From Blasia pusilla (taxonomy: Eukaryota), in assembly GCA_050084515.1 (NCBI GenBank), contig CM114271.1, positions 16,120,001 to 16,184,000 on the forward strand: a DNA stretch of 64,000 bases, read 5' to 3'. Each line of letters begins with the position of its first letter. The first letter of the stretch is position 1. Both the position numbers and the translations under genes were made by a program. This document shows positions 12,640 to 23,300 of this stretch, piece after piece. Below the pieces are notes generated by a model. The model was not told where the DNA came from. It saw only the letters and a list, made by a program, of their open reading frames with translations, and did no database searches.

Positions 12640-13620
12640 CATTGTGTGGGGCATCCCAGAGGATGGTATTTGGGTGTTGGATCTCTTTGGAGGGATCAAC
12701 ACTGGGTTAGCTGTTGTTTTGCAAGCAGGAGTACACATGCAACACTACCTGTATGTGGAGATTGATGATGTTGCAAGGCGCGCTTCACTTCATCATGTGG
12801 CGCCGTTACGCCTCCGCTTTCTCGACTTGTTGTCTCCGTCCGCCATCCAGGGTTACTAGTGTTCCCTACCGAGGGATATTTCATTGCTGGGGGCGCAAGA
12901 CTTGGAGCGGATAGGAACCATAGACTTGGTTATTTCTGGTTGGCCATGTGAGGGCCAATCGAGTGTTGGACAAGGTAGCAGGTTAGCTGACACTCGGTCC
13001 AGGTTATTTTGGGAGATGATGCGGATCTTGGGACATTTACAAGAGCACCAGCCTCGTTCTCAAACATACATTCTGGAGAATGTGCCAATTTTGGGCAATT
13101 TGAGGTCCGCGTGGTGACGAGTGCGCATTAGGTGTGGGCATGGATTGGCATGGTAGTGTTGTTAGATGCGGCAAGTGTAGGTTCTAGAGCACACAGCCCG
13201 CGTCTTTGGTTGACCAACTTGGTACCACACGAGGTGTTACGGAGGGCATATGCAAGAGTGGAGCGCCCCTCCGATTTGTTGGTGGATTCTATTCTCGATC
13301 CAGGTCGTTGATCACAGTATGACACGATGATCGATCTCCGTTGATTGTAGTCAATAGGATTGGCATGCCACGGGCAGCCTTTCCCACCTTGGTGAGTTTT
13401 CCCGCTTTCTATGCATTCAAGGAGGTAGGACCTGGCTTGGTTGGGGATGACGAGGTATAGCGGTTGGTGGAGCCCAACGCCGATGAGCGAGAGCGAGTGA
13501 TGGGATTTCTCACAAGAGTGACGGAAATATCATCACTATCAAAGGCATCACGGCGTCATGTCTTGGGTCAGGCGATTGACCTAAATTGCTTGACATAGAT
13601 TTTCAGCTTAGGAGTAGCTT
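12640..13620 (+). pseudogene. DNMT3-like C5 cytosine DNA methyltransferase domain embedded in pol
   Basis: Motif I VLDLFGGI (from 12674); II YVEID; III RDISLL; IV DLVISGWPCEG (GWPC 12938-12949); V SRLFWE; VI ILENV (ENV 13076-13084); VIII LDAASVGSRAHSPRLWLTNL (~13164-13222); IX EPNADERERVMGF (~13470-13510); X RRHVLGQAIDLNCL (~13551-13593). Motifs are in canonical order, broken by stops and frameshifts. Confidence 0.93.
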
Positions 13621-14153
13621 AGCATCGTCGTTTACGGATGCGACATCTCACAATTGTTGAATTGTAAGCCCCATGCCTACCGAGACGGTTGAGGCAGTGG
13701 CTAGGGGTGAGACCGAGGAGATCGACAAACGAGGGGTGATCGGGAGAGATACCCTTGGACTTCTTGGGATGTTTTGCAGATACGCCAGAAGATGATAGCC
13801 ACAACATCGAGCGTGGTACCGGGTACTCCACATGGAGACCCGATTTTGCAGTTGGTTGTAGAGGAGCAGTCAAGCTATGTTTTCCGAGATAGGGTTGCAC
13901 CATAGCAACCACCTACACCCATGCCAAAGAGTCCTACCGCAGTCACGATGGAGACTTGGGAGCCAGATATGGGCCCTAAGTTGACAAGAGGAGAGCGGCG
14001 TCGTATACATCAATTCTTGAGGAGTTATAGGAGCTGTTTTGCATTTAGAATGCATGATTTGGGTACGCTGAAGGGTCCAGGGATCCGCATTGAGTTTTCG
14101 AGTGACGCGCCGATCTCTCAGCGAGTATAATGACATGAAGAGGGGGCATCACA

Positions 14154-14353
<200 letters not shown>

Positions 14354-14354
14354 C

Positions 14355-14864
14355 AAGGTGAAATCTCTCTCAATACCATAGCTCTCAAATGTATGCACTC
14401 TCACATGTCTCTCTCAATGCCAAACCAAACCCACTCTCCTAATAAGAGGCTTGGGTTACACACATAAGGCAAGCAAGACCATAGCTCCGCCGCCTCATGT
14501 CAAGAGGTTCAACAAAGAGAGAAAGAGCTCTCAAGCTTTCTCTCCTTGAGGTATACCCCTCAACTCTCCCAAGCTCTCTCCATGGTAATCTATGTTCCCA
14601 AGTCACCTCCTTGGCTCTTGACCTCATGTAGGAGGTCAAAGGACACTTACCAAAAATATAAAGTCGACCATATACTCAAAATGGTACTTATCTAAAATAG
14701 TAAGTTCTTCAATATGGCTCCAAATGAACCGAAACGAAAGGGAAATCTACTCTCTCAGGTTTCCCGGGGCCTCAACAGGTCACACTCAACCTCCTAAGCC
14801 TATCCTCCACTACTCGTGAAGGCGCTATACTAGATCTCATCGATATATCCTAAAAGATATGACA
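14355..14864 (-). mobile_element. Inverted copy of terminal repeat A nested in the element's own RT
   Basis: Reverse complement of A, starting TGTCATATCTTTTAGGA at 14864. The RT frame reads ...DMKR before the insertion and ALI... after it. Confidence 0.9.
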
Positions 14865-15729
14865 GCTTTGATTAGAGTAGGAGCCAGGATTTGGTTGGAG
14901 CAGGACTAGTGGAGATGTCACATGGAGAGTATGCATCTACCACTATCGTGCCCGCCAAGGAGGATGTGCATGGCAACAGGACGGATAGACGGATGTGTGG
15001 AGATTATCGACCTATCAATCGATAGACGAAGTCCGATAGGTATGCCATGCCCACCCCTAAGGAGATTTTTAAAGCTATTGGGCATGCAAAGGTCTTCTAT
15101 TCGTTAGATCTTCGAGTCGGATATCATCAGCTGCCTATCAGATTGGAGGACATGTGGAAGACGGAATTTTTGGGCATTGATCCTCACGGGGAGGATTGTT
15201 TGTACCAATGGCGGTTCTTACCATTTGGGTTAAAGAATGCCCCTACCCCGGCTGAGTTTTAAAGGATTATGGATATGATCTTGGCATGTTTGGATTTTGC
15301 TAGGTGTTATATTGATGACATCGAAGTCTTTAGCGCCATGGTTGAGGAGCATGAGCGACATCTAGAGGTGTTTTGACGATTGCAGATACATGGGCTGAAG
15401 CTACATCCAGGCAAGTGCAAGTTCTTCTGCGACTTGATTGAGTACATGGTTCATACGATATATCCAGGGGGCCTTGGTGTGCAGTAGACAATTGTAGAGG
15501 CTATTTCACGCATTCCACACCCTACAGATGTAAGTCAAGTTCGTGCATTCATGGGATTGGCAAACTTGTATCGACGATATGTCCAGGGTTTGAGTTTGAT
15601 TGCAAAGCCGCTAACCTTGCTACCAAGATGGATCAGGAGTGGCACTAGGGGGATGAGCAAGAGAGAGCATTTTAGCTGCTCAAGGACACATTGACATCCG
15701 TGCCCATATTGAGGAGATTGATCAGGGGG

Positions 15730-16100
15730 CGTCCTTTCTAATTGCATACCGATTGGAGCATGTTGGAGCTTAGAGCCATGCGCACCCAACATGACAATTA
15801 TGGTAGAGAGTTTGTGGTGGCTTACGCTAGTCACTCAAGCAACGCTGCAGAGGGGAAGTATAGCTCGTATGAGGGTGAGTGCTTGGCTGCAGTGTGGGCT
15901 ATCGCATATTTCAGATGTTATCCATTCGGCAATCCCTTTATCATCATTACTGATCATTTGCCACTTAAGTGGTTGATGGAGTCTGACAAGCTTACAAGGA
16001 AGCTTGCGAGGTGGGCTCTTCTGTCGTAGGAGTATGACTTCCAAGTGGTACATAGACCTGGGATGCTCAACCAGGATGCAGATGGTTTAAGCCGTAACCC
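15730..16100 (+). pseudogene. RNase H domain
   Basis: LHTDWS, VVAYAS, YSSYEGECLAAVWAI, ITDHLPLKWL, KLARWAL, NQDADGLSR. Confidence 0.93.
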
Positions 16101-16419
16101 ATGCTTGAGTCAGCAAAATGCGACTGGAGCTCAATGGCATGGAGAGAGTGATGAGGAGTTGGTGCCAGGATGACATACGTCAATGTATTTGGGCTTCTTC
16201 ACTATGGAGAGCCAGATTGCTGAGACTTCGATGGCAAGGTCTGATGGAGAGTCCTTAGATCCAGAGGCCGGTGAGGAGACGACATGTGGCCGAGATATTC
16301 ACGATGATGGAGTAGTCTTGGAGTACCTGTGTACTGGGAGCGTCGCGAGCACAGTGGGTGCTAGAGAGAGGGATCGGATCCTACAACGAGCCTGACGGTT
16401 CCAGTAGGAGGGAACACAT

Positions 16420-17530
16420 GTGTTGCGAGTGTGGGAGGATGGTAGATTGCGTATAGTACCGCATCCTTTGCAGAGAGCACGTTTGGTGCATTATGCCCAC
16501 GAGGAGTTGGGTCATTTTGGAGTGAAGTGGACATACAGCTTGCTCCAGACTCAGTATTGGTGGCAAGACATGCTGACTAACGTTCAACAATTTTTGCTAG
16601 ATGCATGGTGTGTGATCGAGTTTGAGCATCATTCAATGCTCCGACTCCAAAGTTGCATCCACTTCCGATGATGGATGGAGTTTTGAATTTTGCAGGACCC
16701 TTACCTTTGACGGAGCGCCATAGTTATTATGTGTTGGTGATGGTTGAGCACTTCTCCAAGTGGATAGAGTTGGTTGCATTTCCTGACAAAGCAAGTGAGG
16801 GAGTAGCGTATGCCTTCCTAGATCGAGAGTTGAGTCATTACGGTGCACCAGGTGAGGTGTTGACAGACGAGGGTACACAGTTCTACGGGGAGTTTCAGGC
16901 CTTGTGTGATCAGACACTGATCGACCACCGCACTACTTCGCGAGATCATCCTGAGGCGGATGGACTAGCGGAGCGGGTTGTGCAGATGGTGAAGAAAGGA
17001 ATACGCAAATATGGCTTGCAGAGAGGTCAGCTAGGAGATTGGGACCTCCAGTTGTTGTGGTTGGCGATGGGATAAAGATTCAGCAGAGAGGCATCCTTAG
17101 CGTCTTTCTCACCGTACTTGCTTTTGTATGGCTGAGAGCCAGATTTACCTACGGCCATTCGTCGAGATGTTGGTGAGGTGTTGAACCTTGATAAAATTGA
17201 TGTATGGATGCGAGCATGTTCTTAGAGGGCTGAATTGTTTCGGAGAGTGACGCCCATGGTGTTTGAGAACTTAGCGATTGCGCAGCATCGGGATACATTG
17301 AGGTATGCGACGATTCGGGGAGGTGATTATCGACCTACTATCCGGAGGTTTCATCAAGGAGACTATGTCTACTTACAATAGACGGCACCCACAACATTGG
17401 ATGTGATTGCAGGGCGCACCATCTTGAGAGTGCGTGAGGTTTTGACATCAGGTGTTCTCTTATTGGAGGGACGCGATGGTATGGTTTGGAAGGACCATGT
17501 GCGTAACTGTGCGTCGTGTCTCCTTCCAAA
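16420..17530 (+). pseudogene. DDE integrase with HHCC zinc finger and C-terminal extension
   Basis: HEELGHFG...YWW...C.VCDRV; FAGPLP, VEHFSKWIELVA, VLTDEG, TSRDHPEADGLAERVVQ; FSPYLLLYG; RRFHQGDYVYL. Confidence 0.93.
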
Positions 17531-17582
17531 CATTGGAGGTACAGCTGATCCGAGCTTAGCAGTAGTTCCTGCATGTTTGGAA

Positions 17583-17723
17583 TGTATGTTGTGTGGTTTT
17601 GCCCGCGGTGGAGCCACTATGCTAGTCTGTGATGGATATTCGAGAGGATGGCATATGGCATGTTTGACGCCACCTCTCACTAAGGTTCTTTAAGGACGAT
17701 GGATGTGTCCCAGATATACATAG
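17583..17723 (+). pseudogene. PHD finger at the integrase C-terminus
   Basis: CMLC-x11-CDGY(C)SRGWHMACLTPPL...WMCPRY(C), a C4HC3 pattern. The sister copy near 61770-61890 keeps CDGC and WLCP*C. Confidence 0.85.
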
Positions 17724-17904
17724 CGTAGGTAGTTCTACATTTTGACTTGTATCTATGACATGGATGACAAGAAGACGACTAACGATGGGGCCACATGAGC
17801 ACCCGGCCTTCTTGCTCTTAGCATCCGAAAGATGTATGTCATGGTAGGTAGGCATAGATGGCTATCTTGAGTTAGAGGGATCTAATCACCAACTAGGGGA
17901 TCGA

Positions 17905-18031
17905 TTGGAGATATTTTGGTACTTTTTGTCTAATTGTTTGGATGCCATGAGTTAGCATGGGATCGTGCATGTTTTTGTGTGTGTTCGGTGACAACGATGT
18001 ATGTTGTGTAGCGATGTGTATGTGTACGACA
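17905..18031 (+). repeat. Terminal repeat B1 (127 bp)
   Basis: ttggagatattttggtac...gatgtgtatgtgtacgaca matches 18548-18674 and ~62666-62791. Confidence 0.9.
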
Positions 18032-18033
18032 AT

Positions 18034-18674
18034 TGTCACGTCTTTTAGGATAGATCGTGAGATCTAGTAGAGCACCTTTGCGAGTAGTGGAAGATAGGAT
18101 TAAGAGATCGAGGATTACCTGTTGAGGCCCTGGGAAACTTGAGAGATTAGGTTTCCCCTTCGTTTCGGCTCATTTTGAGCCATATTGAGGAACTTACTAT
18201 TTTAGGTAAGTACCATTTTGAAGAGATGGTCATCTTTCTGTTTTGGGAAGTGGCTCTTGACCTCCTACATTAGGTCAAGAGCCAAGGAGGTGACTTGGGA
18301 GCATAGGTTACCATGGAGAGAGCATGGGAGAGGGGAGGGGTATACCTCAGGGAGGGACAGCTTGAGAGCTCATTCTCTCTTTGTTGAATCTCTTGACACA
18401 AGGCGGCGGAGCTATGGCCCCTTGCCTTGTCAGTGTAACCCAAGCCCCTCATTAGGAGAGTGGGTTTGGTTTGACATTGAGAGAGACATGTGAGAGTGTA
18501 CACATGTGAGAGCTATGGTGTTGTGAGAGAGATTTCACCTTATTTTATTGGAGATATTTTGGTACTTCTTATCTCGTTTTTTGGATGCCATGAGTTAGCA
18601 TGGGATCGTGTGTGTTTGTGTGTGTGTTCGCTGACAACGATGTATGTTGTGTAGCGATGTGTATGCGCACGACA
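18034..18674 (+). repeat. Terminal repeats A2 (18034-18547) + B2 (18548-18674), ends TGTC...GACA
   Basis: Separated from B1 by exactly AT, giving the palindrome GACAATTGTC. Confidence 0.9.
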
Positions 18675-20199
18675 CACCTTAAACATATGTTCGGAGGAAA
18701 ATACCATAATTCTATTTTAAAACTTATGATGTGTAATTCCCTTCTCCTTTCAACCCAAACTTAAAAATTAGGCTTGAATAAACACGGTAAAAATTTGGAA
18801 TCCAAATTTGGAAATTTCATTAAATGATGCACATCGCATCCACAAGAGTTACTTTTGCTTGGACTTCCTCCAAAACCAATGCCAAAGTAAGAGCTTGAGT
18901 TGTGTAGAAAAAGGGATGCCAAAAAAAAGCTAAGGAAATTATTAAGGACTAGCGAAAAAATTATCATAGCAAAGTAAAAAGTGTTCATTTGTTAATTTCC
19001 AATAGTGAATTTTTTTCATTTGTTAATTTCCAAAAAATAAGATGATGAATTAAATAATGCAATTGCAACAAAGTGCGGCAATAACCCTACTTGGGATAGA
19101 AAACCAAGAAATTTAAACTAAAAGGCCCCTACCATGGACAATGCAATTGAATTTTGAGAAAATTGACTTCCTAAAATAATGGGCGCAAGACTAAACACCA
19201 TACTTGCATCCCTACAATAATCAAAGATCTCAATGACCAACAAAAACTTCTCGTCCGATATTGATTTCGTTCGAGCCTGTTCATCTTCGGATCTTCTAAC
19301 TTGAGGTATAATCACTTTAACCATGGATTTTGAATGTATAACATAATAAGATGTTTATTGTTTCCATTCGTTCCGGACATGAGACTCGAGTGCAATGGAC
19401 AACACCCCCTTGCATGAGAGGAGGTCCAAGGTTCTTAGATGACGTGTGCACTTGGTTTTGTTCCTCTTTAACTCATTTCTAACCCAATCTCACACCAACT
19501 CTTTTATGGGAGTTAAAATACCCTCCTTGTCATTGGGTTAGATTTCCCTCTAAATTTGCATGACGTCATTTTGGAATTAGTGGAAAAACCTGCCCAAAAA
19601 GTAATATTTCATTAATAATAATTGGAAAAAGACCGATTCATAAATCCGTATCCGGCCGTAGAAGACCGGGAATCCCACAGAACTCCGGTTTGCACTAACC
19701 AAGTCCGATTACGAAAATGAGACCTTTGAAGTAACCCAACCCACTTACGAAAGCGGTCACCTCCGACCAGGGTTACCCGGGGTAAGAAAAATCGCATCCA
19801 CGAGGCCGAACTTTCACCGAGTGTGACTGAATGATGAGTTGTGAGTGGCCATTCATGTCAGCGTCCCTACGAGTGTCTCATCGGGAAACTAAATAGTATG
19901 ACGGGCCGCGAAAGAGGAGGAGGACGGGTCAAAGCCAAAACTCACACCTTTTTGAGAAATGGGCCAAAAGATGCCAATTTGTTGTTTTGCATGACGCCAT
20001 CTGCATAACTTCGGCGGCAAATTTGGTGGACCCGTCCAATTGTGTATGGGCGCAAAAGCCTATCGTTCTTTCGTTCGTTGGACCGATCGGCGGTCCCGTT
20101 CACGTTTGTCCCACATCTGCGTGTCCTTTCTGACTATCCTGGCCTTAAGGGCGGTTTAGGGAAGCACTGCTGCGAGGGGCAGGATCGGGTTCCGAGGGG

Positions 20200-20385
20200 T
20201 TCTCTGACGATCCTAGTCCTTAGGACAAGGTGTAGGAAATCTCTGCAAAGCGTAGGATCGGTTCCGACAATCCGGGTCCTTAGGACAGCGTTTAGGAAAT
20301 CCCTGCAATTCGTAGGATCGGTTCTGACCTGTCCTGGTCCTTAGGACAGGGTTTAGGAAAGCCGTACAGACAGGAGGATCGGTTA
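20200..20385. repeat. 60-bp minisatellite, ~3 copies
   Basis: gtccttaggaca...taggaaa...aggatcggtt recurs at 60-bp spacing (taggaca at 20221, 20281 and 20342). Confidence 0.85.
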
Positions 20386-23300
20386 AGGAAAACCTAGAGA
20401 CTGAAGGAGTCGGGATTGGTCGGAAAAGACGAAATGAGATTTGTTTGTTATGAGAGATTTTCTCTTCGCAGTTTGGGGGGAAATGAAGTAATGAAATCCC
20501 TCTTCGAATAGCATAGAAGATTCCTAGAAATAGTATCAATATTATTTTAACCGATGAGTGAATCTAAACAAACAAACAAACCCTTCTTCTTGTGATCAAA
20601 TCTTCATGAACCTTTAATTGATGTATTTCCTTCCTCTCCTACTTTGCGTGGTCTTTTTGGAGAACGACCTCACACTGAAAGCTTGAAAATTTTAAAGGCG
20701 TGTATTCACATTTTCCTTTAAAGCATGACTAAGTTTTAGAAATGCAAGCTTCGTCGAATTCGTTTGGTAAATATGCTGTAGAAATATTAAAACACTTAGA
20801 GTATGAAGGATTCGAACTTGTTGGACCGTATACAATATTATTTATGAATTCGAGTTATTACTATGCATGAAAGTAACTAAAAATGCGTGAAAATGATTTT
20901 GAAATTCTTCTAGATCCGTTCTCGAATACGATGGAAACGAGTGAAGTGAACTCCTACAAGTCGGTACACTGATGGATGTAGAATCGGTTGTGACGGAGAA
21001 GTATGACGAACCGTCGGACGGTAGCTATTTTTGGTAACTCTTTTCCACCTTCTTCTACTGCCCAACGCTATACTCCCTTTTCTAAAAAAATAAACGAAAA
21101 ATAAATAAATGGTAGGAACCGTTCAGATAGTTGGCCCCTCCCCGCAATTACCTCTACTTTATAAAGAGTCCCTTTAAAGCATCATACGCAAGAAAGAAAT
21201 CGCGACGCTATTTCTTCACAGATTCCTCTTTCGCGATCCTTGAAAGGGGAAAAGTGGAATAAAAGACCGCCTAAAATAGACGATCGCACGCACGGAAACC
21301 CCAAATAAAGGGTCCGGGAATTCATCCACTGACGCGGCGTTGCGTTACAGTGAGCTCCGGGGGAAAGTCCTCCGATAAGTAAACAGCGTGTCCTGGTCTC
21401 GGGACAGACGAGGGTAGTGCTGCTACCGCTCTACTGGAGGAGGAGGAAGCGTGAGCAGCAGCGCACAGCTAAGGACTAGGGACTAGGAATAGGCCCTTAG
21501 CATCACGACGACATCATTCCTCCCCCTATCCGCCAATGATCCACGACTGGGGAAGTCAACAAGTAAACGAATTAGGGTCGGATAAGGACAGGCGAAGGAT
21601 GTGATTATCACATCAAATCAGGCATTTCTTTGTAAAATGTCGAAATTGCCGACTGGGATTCGCAAATACCCGTACCGGCTTTGCTTCCTGTCGGAAACTT
21701 CCCGGTATATCTGAAGTAACTACCCGAGCTTTGATGTGATCAACGGAACCACAGGTTTCACCGTTGGGATTGAGTTTACTTCGAGGCAAGGGCTTCTGGA
21801 GATCTCGTGGGTCCCAGCACCGGAAGGAGGCGAAGGCGAAGGAGGACGGTGGGAACTCTCGTAGAACGGGTCAGCATTCAACCTAGTTCCGGAAGAATAA
21901 TAGGGTTTAGGCGCACCGCACCTTTGCCCATGACCCTCGCCCGCCCGCCCCTCAGTCTGTTGAACTCCGTTCGCCCCACTGTAACGAACTCCCTAGGATG
22001 ATACATAGCGGGTGTAGGTAGAGGGAGGGGGTACGTCGCGTCACACGAAGAGAGGCTACGCAACATGGACTCATGGGGCATCGGGGATGATCCCCATGAG
22101 TCCATGACGGACGTCTTTGTCTTTAACTGCGGTCAAACCGACCCCGGTGAACGGACGCCGCTTGACCAGCGTGCTATCCAGCTATGTTAACCTACGGTCT
22201 GAGGTCACGGAACACGGGACCTAGTGAGGATCAAACCACAGCTCTGGTACCTTGGGTGAGAGCGGTTCCTTTCTTTCGCGACTTTATGCGGAGTAGGGTC
22301 ATTCTGATTTTCCTCCACGCTAAACCCTTTTGATGAGTCCCCCTCTCTTGATTTTATGAGGGTTTTCTATCATCCATATTTACTCAGGTTCGTCATTGGT
22401 TCACGCGGAAACAACTTCTCGGAGGGAAGAAATGGTCATTTAGCACCCGGTCCCATGCAGCCGAGGTCGTCAAGATGTCGCCAAGACCCAGTCCCACGGT
22501 TCCCGATATTGGTTGATGCGACGGATGGGATTCATGGGACTTCAACAAAATTTGCGCTGTTAGAACATAGGGCGCAAATATGTGCGACTTTATTATACCC
22601 ATCAGGAATGGCTAGAAGAAAATAATGAAGGGCTATACGAAGGTCGTTGCGACTCTGTTTCGACTGGGCCGGGAGCCAGCCCCATGGGACCGAGTCCTTA
22701 GTCCACCAGTGGGTTTTATTTAATAATGAAAAATTGTAAAATAAAATAAATTTATATCATTCCATAAAGGGGCAAAAAATTCCTTAAGACGTCCCTATAA
22801 AAATTCCCTTGAGGGAACTGCACCTATTTATGTTCATACACAGATTCAACGTAATCAGGGCTCCCGGGGGCCTCCCAATTTGGTTGTAATCCGAATTTGA
22901 GTGACCCTATTTGGGCCAGATGCCACATTTCCACAAGAATGTTGTAACTCATTCTCTTTCGGCCTTTTCCTCAACCCTTTACGGATGTGAATGCACCCAA
23001 ACTACCACGGCTCGTGGGATTTAAGAAGGAGACTTATGGAAGAGAGGGAATAGATCTACAAGAGTTTTAATTTATGAACCCGTGGGGAGAAAAGAAGTAT
23101 GAGATGCGCTACGCACTAGGATAGGTTAAACCTAGGAAACAATAATAGAGTGTAAATGGTTTATGTTAGTAAGGACCCCTAAGGAATTTTGCAATGTATG
23201 GACCCCAATTTAATGATGTCATGACCTCCCGATTAACGTATTATGAATCCCAATTAGCGTGATAAGGGTATTTTTTGAGAGATATTAATTGACATGCGTT

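Noticed and set aside
12640-13620. Bacterial restriction-modification methylase or contamination
   Set aside because: It is embedded colinearly in a Gypsy pol, has DNMT3-like motifs, and carries the same decay and nested plant LTR context.
20200-20385. CRISPR-like appearance of regularly spaced repeats (also 32305-32485)
   Set aside because: The whole unit repeats with no unique spacers, there are no cas genes, and the context is eukaryotic.
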